Positions 1 through 9,429 of a stretch of DNA of 64,000 nucleotides are shown one piece after another; position 1 is the stretch's first letter; each line of letters opens with the position of its first letter. The notes beneath the pieces are model-generated. The model was not told where the DNA came from, did no database searches, and saw nothing but the letters and a program-made list of their open reading frames with translations. The DNA is from an alpha proteobacterium MED-G09 (lineage in GTDB: Bacteria > Pseudomonadota > Alphaproteobacteria > MED-G09), in NCBI GenBank assembly GCA_905182015.1, contig CAJIZT010000009.1, forward strand, positions 6,469 through 70,468, in the 5' to 3' direction. The position numbers and the translations under genes were made by a program.

Positions 1-1
1 A

Positions 2-175
2 GAGGACCTGAAAACGGCAGTGAGTATTAAAAAAAATAATGTGACACTTGAGGCTTCAGGAAAAATAACTAAAGATAGTATTTCTGCTATTGCAGAAACA
101 GGTGTCGATTTAATTTCATCAGGTTGGTTAACTCATTCTTCACCAGCTCTAGATATTGGATTAGATTTTAAATAG
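2..175 (+). CDS. nadC: nicotinate-nucleotide pyrophosphorylase (quinolinate phosphoribosyltransferase), C-terminal fragment; 5' end lies outside the window
   Basis: The frame is open from the window edge to TAG at 173-175. It translates to ...LEASGKITKDSISAIAETGVDLISSGWLTHSSPALDIGLDFK*, which matches the conserved NadC C-terminus (EASGGI..GVD.IS.G.LTHS). It is absent from the ORF track because it has no start in the window. Confidence 0.8.
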   Translation, partial: EDLKTAVSIKKNNVTLEASGKITKDSISAIAETGVDLISSGWLTHSSPALDIGLDFK

Positions 176-181
176 GAAAAA

Positions 182-967
182 ATGACTGAATTGAAAACAA
201 TTTTTATTACTGGAGCTGCGGGTGGAATGGGTAGCTCCACAGCAAAGCTTTTTAAAGAAAAAGGCTGGTTTATTGGGTGCTATGATATTAACAAAGGGAA
301 TCTAGAGAATCTAGAGAAAGAACTCGGTAATAATAATATTATTTATGGGCAGTTGGATGTTACAGACAAAGGTCAATTTGAAGAATGCTTAAATAGTTTT
401 TCACTAAAAACAAAAAATAAACTAGATATTTTATTTAATAACGCAGGAATTACTGAGGGTGGTTTTTTTGAAGAAATACCTTATCAAAATCATATAAATA
501 TAATAAATATTAATATTATTGGTGTAATTAATGGCATATACAGCGCATCAAAACTGCTAAAAAATACACCAAATTCATTATGTATTTCGACATCTTCTAG
601 CTCAGGTATTATGGGTATGGAAATGATAGCCACTTACTCAGCTACTAAACACGCGGTAAAAGGTTTAACTGAATCACTATCGGCTGAGTTTTCAAGATTT
701 GATACCAGGGTCTCGGACATACTTCCTGGGGTAATAGATACTCCAATGATAAGCAATGAAATAAAATCCAACCTCCCTAAGGATGGTATATGGAGGCTAA
801 TATCATCTAGTGAAATAGCAAATACCGTCTGGGAATCATATCATAGCAATAAGATTCATTGGTACGTTCCCAGAGAATTAGAGGCTTTAGAGAAGCAGGT
901 AGCGGAAAGTCCTGAAAAAACTATGGAAAAATTAAAAAAATCAGGCCCTTTAAGCTCTGATAGTTAG
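182..967 (+). CDS. classical short-chain dehydrogenase/reductase (SDR), substrate unknown
   Basis: Carries TGAAGGMG (the TGxxxGxG NAD(P) motif), NNAG, and a Ser...YSATK catalytic triad. Confidence 0.85.
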   Translation: MTELKTIFITGAAGGMGSSTAKLFKEKGWFIGCYDINKGNLENLEKELGNNNIIYGQLDVTDKGQFEECLNSFSLKTKNKLDILFNNAGITEGGFFEEIPYQNHINIININIIGVINGIYSASKLLKNTPNSLCISTSSSSGIMGMEMIATYSATKHAVKGLTESLSAEFSRFDTRVSDILPGVIDTPMISNEIKSNLPKDGIWRLISSSEIANTVWESYHSNKIHWYVPRELEALEKQVAESPEKTMEKLKKSGPLSSDS

Positions 968-977
968 AGAATATAAT

Positions 978-2666
978 TTAATCTTTTAACAAATCTTGAG
1001 TCTCGGAAATAAAATTAACAATATTATCGTAATTAATAGGGTTTATTTCTTCACACCACTTTAGAATCTTTAATAATGGATTGGGTAATTCAGGTATTAT
1101 AGTTGGTGTATACCCATTAAAAACTTCTCCTGTGGCTCCATTTATCGTAATAATATCTCCTTCAGCATAAAACATACCCCCACAATGGAATCTCCTATTA
1201 TCAGAATCAATCCTTATATCTCTAGCGCCCGTAACACATGTTTTATTTAATCCCCTTGCTACAACTGCAGCATGACTAGTCATGCCTCCCTGACAGGTAA
1301 GAATGCCAGAGGAAGAGTGCATAGCCTTTACATCATTTGCACTTGTCTCCTTCAATACTAAAATTGCATCTTCGTCATTACCCATAAATTTTTTTAATGT
1401 TAAGTAATCAAAAACAACCTTACCAGAAGACACTCCTGATGATGCCGGAAGTCCTTTTGTTATAATTTCATTTCTATGGTTAGGATCAATAATGGGTATT
1501 AATAATTTTTCAATTTTATCTGTCTTTAGTGATAAAATGGCGTCTTTTTTTGATATCAGGTTTTCCTTGACCATATCAACAGCAATAATGATAGAGGCTT
1601 TAATATTTGCTTCCGCCCTCCGTGACTGAAGTATCCATAATTTTTCAGATTCAATTGTAAATTCTATATCCTGAATACAAGAAAAATAATTTTCTAGCTT
1701 TTGAGAGATATTTTCTAACTGCTCATAGCAAGCTGGAAACATTTCCTCTAGGGAATAAAGGGTTGATGGGGAGTTAACTTTATCAACGGTGTTCACTACC
1801 CAAGGAGTCTTGAATCCAGAGACAATATCCTCCCCCTGTGATCTTATTATATACTCACCTTTTAACTTTCTTTTACCATTTTCGGGATTTCTAGAGAAAA
1901 TAACTCCAGTAGAGCTCTTTTCATCTAAATTTCCGAAAACCATCCTCTGTATATTAACTGCAGTACCAATATGTTCAGGAATATCGTTTATTTTTCTATA
2001 ATCAATAGCTCTTTCGTTAAACCATGAATTCATAACGGCTTTTATACTTAACCATAACTGCTCATTAACATCCTGTGGAAAGGGAAATCCTTTTCTGTCC
2101 TCAATTAAATTTAAGTATTGAATGCAAATTTCTTTAATATCGTCAATTTTTAAGTCTTTTTCAAACTGGAGGCCGGCGCCTAATAAATAACTGTCTAAAA
2201 TTTCATCAAAATAAAAATGCTCGATTTTATAAACAACATGAGAAAACATATGAAGAAACCGACGCCAAGTATCCCAAGCAAACAAACCTCTTCCCTCTTT
2301 TTCAAAAAACTCTAATGTGCTCGTATTGAATCCAACATTTAATATAGTATCTAACATCCCCGGCATAGAGTATTCAGAACCAGATCGAACAGAAAGTAAT
2401 AAAGGATTTGATGGGGATCCAAAATTTGCATTACTGGATTTTTCAACCACCTTTATATACTCATCAAGTTCCTTTTTAAAACCGCTGGGAAAGGAATCGT
2501 GTTTTTGATAATATTGATTCAGCTCTGTTGTAATGGTAAAGCCCTGAGGGACGGGTAAGTTTAAATTTGTCATTAAATTTAAACTAATACCCTTATTACC
2601 TATCAATTTAGATGGATTATCTAAATCTTTAATATCTCTATCAAAACTATAAATCCATTTACTCAT
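978..2666 (-). CDS. pyruvate phosphate dikinase-like protein with ATP-grasp nucleotide-binding domain and phosphohistidine swivel domain only; no PEP/pyruvate-binding TIM-barrel domain
   Basis: Collinear with PPDK residues 1 to about 550. Matching motifs are MSKWIYSF, RSGSEYSMPGMLDTILNVG, QGEDIVSG, IQDIEFTIE..LWILQSR and the catalytic-His motif GGMTSHAAVVARG. The ORF stops about 95 aa after the His, and only 10 nt separate it from the convergent SDR stop. Confidence 0.85.
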   Translation of the reverse strand: MSKWIYSFDRDIKDLDNPSKLIGNKGISLNLMTNLNLPVPQGFTITTELNQYYQKHDSFPSGFKKELDEYIKVVEKSSNANFGSPSNPLLLSVRSGSEYSMPGMLDTILNVGFNTSTLEFFEKEGRGLFAWDTWRRFLHMFSHVVYKIEHFYFDEILDSYLLGAGLQFEKDLKIDDIKEICIQYLNLIEDRKGFPFPQDVNEQLWLSIKAVMNSWFNERAIDYRKINDIPEHIGTAVNIQRMVFGNLDEKSSTGVIFSRNPENGKRKLKGEYIIRSQGEDIVSGFKTPWVVNTVDKVNSPSTLYSLEEMFPACYEQLENISQKLENYFSCIQDIEFTIESEKLWILQSRRAEANIKASIIIAVDMVKENLISKKDAILSLKTDKIEKLLIPIIDPNHRNEIITKGLPASSGVSSGKVVFDYLTLKKFMGNDEDAILVLKETSANDVKAMHSSSGILTCQGGMTSHAAVVARGLNKTCVTGARDIRIDSDNRRFHCGGMFYAEGDIITINGATGEVFNGYTPTIIPELPNPLLKILKWCEEINPINYDNIVNFISETQDLLKD

Positions 2667-2678
2667 TGGGTACCACTT

Positions 2679-4037
2679 TTATAAAAGACTTTTTTGAAAA
2701 TAATTACCTACGTCTGAAATACTTATCCTTTCTTGCTCCATAGTATCTCTGTCTCTAATTGTTACAGTATTATCCTCGATACTTTGGAAATCTACAGTAA
2801 TGCATATTGGCGTTCCTATTTCATCATGTCTTCTATAACTTTTTCCTATATTCCCAGAATTATCAAGCAGAACCCTTCCTAATTTAAGGCTTTGCAATGA
2901 TTTTTTAAGATCTGAAGCTCTGGAAACCAACTCCTTATTGTTTCTCTTTAGAGGGATAACGGCTGCCTTTATGGGCGATAGATGCGGCTTTAAAGAAAGA
3001 ACAGTTCTTTCTTTTCCATTTTCTAACTGCTCTACCCTATAAGCCTCATTCAAGACAGCCAACACACCTCGGTCAACTCCTGCAGAAGGCTCAATTACAT
3101 AAGGCACCGTCCAAGCATTTGTAATTTTATTTTGAATAGCAAGCTTTGTCACAGAATCATTATTCTCTTTTACATTTGCTTTAATATTAAAATCTTTTTG
3201 ATGTCTCGTGTGAGACCCAATATCAAAATCAGTTCGGTTTGCAATTCCTTCAAGTTCCTCAACACCGTGAGGAAATCTATACATAATATCGACTGTCTTT
3301 TTGGAATAATGTGAGAGATCTTTTTTTTGGACATCAATTAGCTCTATATTTTCTTTTTTAATACCTTGCTTTTTCCACCAATCAACTCTGTTTTCTACCC
3401 ATCGATCGTGCCACTCTTCATCATCACCAGGTTCAACAAAAAACTCTAACTCCATTTGCTCAAACTCTCTTACTCGAAAAATAAAATTTCGTGGAGTTAT
3501 CTCATTTCTAAAAGCCTTGCCAATCTGGGCTATCCCGAAAGGTAATGCTCTTGAGGTTGAATCAACTACATTCTTAAAATTAGTAAAAATCTGCTGTGCT
3601 GTTTCTGGTCTCAGATAAGCAAAACTTGAGCCGTCATCCACAGGGCCAACATTAGTTTTAAACATCAAATTAAAAGGTCTTGGGTCAGTAAGGTTAGTAG
3701 AGCTACATGAAGGACATTTATTATCTTCAATATGATCTGATCTCCACCTTGATTTACAGTCCCGACAATCAACTAAGGGATCTGTGAATGTTTCTTCATG
3801 TCCAGAATATTTAAGGACATTTGGATGTGTTAGAATAGAAGAATCCAACCCCTCCACATCATCCCGTTCATAGACCATTGAGCTCCACCAGGAGTCTTTG
3901 AGATTATTCTTAAGTTCAACGCCAAGAGGTCCATAGTCATACAGACCTTGAAGGCCTCCATACAGTTCATTTGTTTGGTAAATAAACCCTCTTCTTTTAC
4001 AAAGAGAAACCAAGTCTTCCATGCTAGATGCGGTCAA
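2679..4037 (-). CDS. glyQS: glycyl-tRNA synthetase, homodimeric alpha2 (GlyQS) type
   Basis: Class II aaRS. The N-terminus [46 protein letters not shown] is near-identical in pattern to bacterial alpha2 GlyRS. It has a CRDC...CPSC insertion. The TTG start at 4037 is supported by N-terminal collinearity; ATG at 4022 is the alternative. Confidence 0.92.
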   Translation of the reverse strand: MTASSMEDLVSLCKRRGFIYQTNELYGGLQGLYDYGPLGVELKNNLKDSWWSSMVYERDDVEGLDSSILTHPNVLKYSGHEETFTDPLVDCRDCKSRWRSDHIEDNKCPSCSSTNLTDPRPFNLMFKTNVGPVDDGSSFAYLRPETAQQIFTNFKNVVDSTSRALPFGIAQIGKAFRNEITPRNFIFRVREFEQMELEFFVEPGDDEEWHDRWVENRVDWWKKQGIKKENIELIDVQKKDLSHYSKKTVDIMYRFPHGVEELEGIANRTDFDIGSHTRHQKDFNIKANVKENNDSVTKLAIQNKITNAWTVPYVIEPSAGVDRGVLAVLNEAYRVEQLENGKERTVLSLKPHLSPIKAAVIPLKRNNKELVSRASDLKKSLQSLKLGRVLLDNSGNIGKSYRRHDEIGTPICITVDFQSIEDNTVTIRDRDTMEQERISISDVGNYFQKSLL

Positions 4038-4120
4038 ATAAACCTCCGATTTTTAAATATTTAAATTTAAATAAGAATTCTTTTTTATAATAATTTTATC
4101 TTAAAAAATAGTATAAACCG

Positions 4121-4870
4121 CTAACACTCCAAAACATCTCCATTTCTGAGTATATTCTCAACTCTTTTAGTTGTCTGGCCCTTGCTATCATTCAAAATTA
4201 AACCATCATTAAATTGAATCGATTTATTAGAATCTCTTATTCCGCTAACGATAACTCTTGTAGCAGACTTATTTTTTTTTGGAAAGATAGGGGTAACTTG
4301 AATACCGCCCATCTTTCTATCAAAAAGATAAAGTAATTCAGGTAAATTATTAATGTGGTTAATGAAGGTAATTTTTCCTCCTGACTTTGAAAAAGTTAAT
4401 GCACGCCTAACCCAAGTATCTAATGTTTTTTTACTTCCAATATTAGCAGCTTTTTTATTTTCATTATCGGGTACACTTGATGAGTTTTCAGTGAAATAAG
4501 GTGGGTTTGCGAAAACATGATCAAAACTTTGACTTTTAATTTTTTTTATTTTCTTAATATTCCCTTCAATATCAAAATCCAATACCTTAATTATCTTTTC
4601 ATAATGATTTAACGAAATACTTTGATTCGAGATTTCTATCATATTATTATTATTTTCTAACCCAATTATTTTTATCCCCTTTACCCTGTGAGCCAAGCAC
4701 AAAGAAACAACACCCGAACCAATACCTAGCTCTAAACAGCTATCACCTTCTTTTGCATTAATGGATGATGCTAATATTACAGCATCGTGGCCAGCCCTAT
4801 ACCCACCTTTAAGTTGATAAACCTTTAACTCACCATTTAAAAATCCGTCTAATGTTTTTTTAATAATCAT
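4121..4870 (-). CDS. SAM-dependent N6-adenine methyltransferase, TrmN6/YfiC-like (tRNA m6A37-type)
   Basis: Has the ELGIGSGVVSL SAM-binding motif and the NPPY catalytic motif (FANPPYF). Confidence 0.7.
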   Translation of the reverse strand: MIIKKTLDGFLNGELKVYQLKGGYRAGHDAVILASSINAKEGDSCLELGIGSGVVSLCLAHRVKGIKIIGLENNNNMIEISNQSISLNHYEKIIKVLDFDIEGNIKKIKKIKSQSFDHVFANPPYFTENSSSVPDNENKKAANIGSKKTLDTWVRRALTFSKSGGKITFINHINNLPELLYLFDRKMGGIQVTPIFPKKNKSATRVIVSGIRDSNKSIQFNDGLILNDSKGQTTKRVENILRNGDVLEC

Positions 4871-4958
4871 AAACTACCAACATTAAGAATATTAATATTT
4901 CAAACTTATTTTGCCTACAGACTACCTGATTAATCTATGATAATAATTTTATCAAGAT

Positions 4959-5975
4959 TTGATTAAGGTAAGCACTATGAAAAAAATAAGTAAAGCAGAT
5001 CTATCTATAAAAGAATTAGTTGATTTAATTCAGGAGGATTTTCTAAAAACAAATAATTTAATTATAGATCAAATCAGTAGCGAGGTTGACAGGATACCGG
5101 AATTATCTAAACACATAATAAATCTTGGTGGAAAAAGATTAAGGCCAATACTGACTATTGCTTGCGCAAAAATGTTAGGTATCAAAAATAACGACCATAT
5201 TACTCTTGCTGCGGCCGTAGAGTTATTACACACAGCAACCCTTCTTCACGATGATGTTGTTGATGAGAGTGATTTTAGACGTGGGAAGAAAACTTCCCAT
5301 ATTTTATGGGATAATAAATCTAGTATTCTAGTAGGTGATTATTTATTGGGAAAGGCTTTTCAGTTAATGGTGAAAACAGGCTCATTGGAGTGTCTAAAAA
5401 TATTATCGAACGCTGCGGCTGTAATTGCAGAAGGAGAAGTTCTTCAGTTGGTTGCTATAAACAATATTGATATCAAAGAAAGTGATTATATGAAAATAAT
5501 AGAGGCAAAAACAGCTGCCCTTTTTTCAAGTGCATGTGAGGTTGGCGGTATTGCATCCAGCTCTTCAGGTGAAACAAGAAAGTCTCTTTTTTCTTTTGGA
5601 AAAAATCTAGGAACAGCCTTCCAATTAACCGACGATGCATTGGATTATTCAGGCTCGTCAGATAGGCTGGGTAAAAATATTGGGGATGATTTTTATGATG
5701 GAAAGATTACTTTACCTGTAATTATTGCATATAGAGAAGGCGAAGAAGAACAAAGGAATTTTTGGGTCGATAGTTTTAACAAGGCAGAAAGAAATCCTGA
5801 GGATCTGGATAAAGCAAATCATCTTATTAATCAGAATGAAGCTATTGAAAAAACTTTAAACCTAGCTAACAACTATGGAAAAAAAGCAAAAAGAGATTTA
5901 TCAAAATTTCCAGACACACCAATTAAAACTGGTTTAATTAACCTTGTGGACTTTTCATCAATTAGAGATCATTGA
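4959..5975 (+). CDS. ispB: polyprenyl (octaprenyl) diphosphate synthase
   Basis: Two Asp-rich motifs, LLHDDVVDES and QLTDDALD, plus GKRLRP. The track start is TTG; ATG at 4977 (MKKISK...) is an alternative start. Confidence 0.9.
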   Translation: MIKVSTMKKISKADLSIKELVDLIQEDFLKTNNLIIDQISSEVDRIPELSKHIINLGGKRLRPILTIACAKMLGIKNNDHITLAAAVELLHTATLLHDDVVDESDFRRGKKTSHILWDNKSSILVGDYLLGKAFQLMVKTGSLECLKILSNAAAVIAEGEVLQLVAINNIDIKESDYMKIIEAKTAALFSSACEVGGIASSSSGETRKSLFSFGKNLGTAFQLTDDALDYSGSSDRLGKNIGDDFYDGKITLPVIIAYREGEEEQRNFWVDSFNKAERNPEDLDKANHLINQNEAIEKTLNLANNYGKKAKRDLSKFPDTPIKTGLINLVDFSSIRDH

Positions 5976-6828
5976 GTAGGGCTTTTTTTATCATCCAATT
6001 AGGGTATTTTTTTGCAATTTTTTCCTTTGCCCTATCAATACTGCTTTCATGGAATAAGCCGAAACAGGCAGATCCGGATCCGCTCATTCTTGAAAAAAAA
6101 GATTTATTTAAATTTAATGCACAAATAATATCTCCAAGAACAGGATAGGCCTCAAAAGCAAATTCCTGCAAATCATTTACTAAGCCACTCATTATGCCTT
6201 CATTATCTTCACTAGAATAAGATTCTATTGATTCCTTTATTTTATTTATATTGAGATCTTTTCTTCTGGATATCTTTGTTAGATTAAAAATCTCTTTAGT
6301 GGGTATCTCTACATTAGGATAAATAACTAGCATGTGATATTTAGTCTTAAAATCTAAATTTATTAACTTTTCTCCTCGCCCGTAAGCAATCAAAGGCTTA
6401 GACAATATACAGGCTGGGATATCAGAGCCCAAACTCTTACCGAAGTCACACATGCCTTTTTTAGACATGCCAAGGTTAAGAAATTTATTCATTAAGCGTA
6501 TTGTAGCGGCTGCATCAGATGATCCGCCTCCTAAGCCAGCCCCAATAGGTATATTTTTTTCCAATACAAGGTCAACTTTGGGGAGTTCCTTTAAGCAAAA
6601 CTCTTCTTTTATTTTATAGATAACCTTCAAAACAAGATCATCGGTTGGATTAATACCAGCAGTTGAATTTACTTTATATGAAAAACAATCAGAATTTTTT
6701 AAATTTAATTTATCTGAAAAGTCAGAAAAACAGATAAAACTAGCTAAATCATGAAACCCATCTATCTTTCTACCGCTTAAACTTAAAGAAAGATTGATTT
6801 TTGCCTTGGCTACCTCAGTGAGTATCAT
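5962..6828 (-). CDS. ispE: 4-diphosphocytidyl-2-C-methyl-D-erythritol kinase
   Basis: GHMP kinase motif PIGAGLGGGSSDAA and the AKINL N-terminus. Its 3' end overlaps the 3' end of ispB by 14 nt. Confidence 0.9.
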   Translation of the reverse strand: MILTEVAKAKINLSLSLSGRKIDGFHDLASFICFSDFSDKLNLKNSDCFSYKVNSTAGINPTDDLVLKVIYKIKEEFCLKELPKVDLVLEKNIPIGAGLGGGSSDAAATIRLMNKFLNLGMSKKGMCDFGKSLGSDIPACILSKPLIAYGRGEKLINLDFKTKYHMLVIYPNVEIPTKEIFNLTKISRRKDLNINKIKESIESYSSEDNEGIMSGLVNDLQEFAFEAYPVLGDIICALNLNKSFFSRMSGSGSACFGLFHESSIDRAKEKIAKKYPNWMIKKALLNDL

Positions 6829-6843
6829 GATTATTAACGATCT

Positions 6844-8556
6844 TTACATTCCGCCATATAGAGGTCCTTCACCCCCTTGCGGGGCAACCCAATTAATATT
6901 TTGTGAAGGATCTTTAATATCGCATGTTTTACAATGAACACAATTCTGGGCATTAATTTGAAGGCAAGGATCATTTGAACCCTCCAGCTTAATAATCTCA
7001 TAAACTCCTGCGGGACAATAACGTTGAGCAGGCTCGGCGTATTCTGGTAAATTAAAGGAAATAGGTATTGAAGAGTCTTTTAATGTTAAATGAGATGGCT
7101 GATTCTCCTCATGGTTTGTATTTGATAGAAAAACTGAAGATAGTTTATCAAATGAAAACTCTCCATCCGGTTTAGGATATTCAATTTCATTGCACTCCGA
7201 GGCTTTTCTTAATGTTTGGTGATCAGCTTTCCCGTGCCGTAATGTGAACGGAAAACCAATGCTTAGTGCATTCATCCACAAATCAATACCGCTCAAAACA
7301 GTGCCGAGAAAAATACCAAACCTAGATAAAATAGGTTTAAAGTTCCTTACTTGTTTAAGCTCCTTTGAAACACGGCTATTATCATAGCAATCTTGATACT
7401 TATCTAATTCGGTAGAATGATCATCTAAAGAAAAATTATCAAATATAGCTTTTCCGGCTAGCATTCCTGTTGCCATAGCATTATGACTTCCCTTGATCTT
7501 CGCATTGTTGACAAACCCAGCCGAACAGCCAATTAGAGCCCCCCCAGGGAATGTAAGCTTTGGAACCGACTGATATCCTCCAGATGCTATCGCTCTTGCT
7601 CCGTAGGCTATTCTTTTTCCTCCAGTTAGCAATTTCTTCATTGATGGGTGGGTTTTAAAGGTTTGAAATTCATCGAAAGGCGAAACATAGGGATTAGTGT
7701 AGCTTAAATGCACCACATAACCAACTGAAACAAGGTTTTCATCAAAATGGTAGACAAAAGAACCGCCAGTTGTTCCATCAGATAACGGCCACCCAAAAGA
7801 ATGTTCAACCAATCCTGCATTATGCTTTTCTTTAGGTATTTCCCATAACTCCTTTATACCAAGACCAAATTTTTGGTGATCCTTGTCTTTCGAGAGATCA
7901 AAATGATTGATAATAAATTTTGATAGTGATCCTCTGGCTCCCTCAGCAAAAAGAGTATACTTTGCATGAAGCTCCATCCCTGGTTCCCAGGAATCTTTTG
8001 CCTTAAAATCTTTTGAAACTCCCATATCCCCCGTGGCAACACCTTTTACCCTTCCACTGTCATCAAATAAAACTTCCGCCGCACTAAAACCTGGATAAAT
8101 CTCGACACCGAAATTTTCAGCTACCTCGCCCATCCACTTACAGACATTGGATAAACTGACAACATAGTTACCGTGGTTTTTCATCATTGGTGGCATCAAA
8201 AAAGCAGGGATAGGAAGAGACCAGGTTTTTCCTAAAAAAGAAAATTTATCCTTAGAGACTTTTGTTTTAATTGGAGATTCTAAATCTTTCCAATCAGGGA
8301 TTAACTCATTAATAGCAACTGGATCGATAACGGCACCAGACAGGATATGCGCACCAATCTCACTAGCTTTTTCCAAGACGCAGACCGAAACTTCTTTATT
8401 ATTTTCCTGAGAAAGCTTTTTGATTTGAATAGCAGCAGCCAAACCCGCAGGCCCTCCTCCAACTATAACAACATCATACTCCATTGATTCTCTTGCAGAG
8501 GAATCTAAAACCTGACCTTGCCTAGCATTAACTTCATTAATAGGTAAATTTTCCAT
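6844..8556 (-). CDS. electron-transfer flavoprotein:ubiquinone oxidoreductase (ETF-QO)
   Basis: FAD motif VVIVGGGPAGL and a C-terminal 4Fe-4S ferredoxin-like motif CPAGVY...CVHCKTCDIKDP. The length of 570 aa is typical. Confidence 0.92.
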   Translation of the reverse strand: MENLPINEVNARQGQVLDSSARESMEYDVVIVGGGPAGLAAAIQIKKLSQENNKEVSVCVLEKASEIGAHILSGAVIDPVAINELIPDWKDLESPIKTKVSKDKFSFLGKTWSLPIPAFLMPPMMKNHGNYVVSLSNVCKWMGEVAENFGVEIYPGFSAAEVLFDDSGRVKGVATGDMGVSKDFKAKDSWEPGMELHAKYTLFAEGARGSLSKFIINHFDLSKDKDHQKFGLGIKELWEIPKEKHNAGLVEHSFGWPLSDGTTGGSFVYHFDENLVSVGYVVHLSYTNPYVSPFDEFQTFKTHPSMKKLLTGGKRIAYGARAIASGGYQSVPKLTFPGGALIGCSAGFVNNAKIKGSHNAMATGMLAGKAIFDNFSLDDHSTELDKYQDCYDNSRVSKELKQVRNFKPILSRFGIFLGTVLSGIDLWMNALSIGFPFTLRHGKADHQTLRKASECNEIEYPKPDGEFSFDKLSSVFLSNTNHEENQPSHLTLKDSSIPISFNLPEYAEPAQRYCPAGVYEIIKLEGSNDPCLQINAQNCVHCKTCDIKDPSQNINWVAPQGGEGPLYGGM

Positions 8557-8661
8557 GTATTAACCTCTAACATACTTTAATATTCAAATAAAACTGATAT
8601 AATCACAAATACTATGAATTCTATTTTTCTCAAAGAATCTTATAAGGGATTCATTTAAAAA

Positions 8662-9429
8662 ATGAAACTTACTATGCATAAACTTTTAGATGATCTCAAA
8701 TGGCAAATTGAAGCAGGTGTTGATAATGCTATAAGTGAAGAAATTAATAAGAAGTTAGATAAAAAAGTAATTTCAGATAATCAATATAATAATAATGAAG
8801 AAATAGTATCATTACCAGGTAAGCCCGAGGAAAGCAGTTTTCCAAAAAAGGGTTTAGAAAAAATCCATACACTAGAAGACCTCGAGCGTTTTATAAACAG
8901 TAGTGATTTTAATGATTTTAAGAAAATAGCAAAAAATACAATTTTTTTTGATGGAAACAGTAAATCAAAAATTATGGTTATCTGTAATGTTCCCGATTCC
9001 AATGAAGATAATCTAGGTCAGTCTCTTGTGGCTGAAAAAGGTGATTTATTTGATAATATAATATCTTCAATAGGCTTATCAAGACAATCATTTTACATAA
9101 CATCAATTATACCATGGAAAATCGCTGGGAACAGAGACCTTTCTGAGAATGAAAAAATAATACTAATGCCTGTAATAAAAAAACATATTGAAATTATAAA
9201 ACCAAAGATAATAATACTGCTAGGCTCAGATTCTTTAAAATACTTACTCAATCTAAGCGATGGAATTATAAAGAAAAGAGGTGAATGGCTCGACTACAGT
9301 CAAGAAGATTTATCGATTCCGTGCTTTCCAATTTTAGATCCAGAATTTTTACTAAGAAGGCCAGAATACAAAAGAGAAACATGGAGTGACATAATTATTC
9401 TTGAAAAAAAAATTAAGGAACTAGGTTAA
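8662..9429 (+). CDS. uracil-DNA glycosylase family-4-like protein with alphaproteobacterial N-terminal extension; canonical catalytic motifs are substituted
   Basis: Collinear with family-4 UDGs (..NEDNLGQ..G.LFD..IGL.R...YIT..IPW...GNR..E......I....P.II.LLG....YLL......RG.W........P..DPEFLLRRP..K...W.D). However, GEAPG is replaced by CNVPD and HPA by DPE. Confidence 0.7.
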   Translation: MKLTMHKLLDDLKWQIEAGVDNAISEEINKKLDKKVISDNQYNNNEEIVSLPGKPEESSFPKKGLEKIHTLEDLERFINSSDFNDFKKIAKNTIFFDGNSKSKIMVICNVPDSNEDNLGQSLVAEKGDLFDNIISSIGLSRQSFYITSIIPWKIAGNRDLSENEKIILMPVIKKHIEIIKPKIIILLGSDSLKYLLNLSDGIIKKRGEWLDYSQEDLSIPCFPILDPEFLLRRPEYKRETWSDIIILEKKIKELG

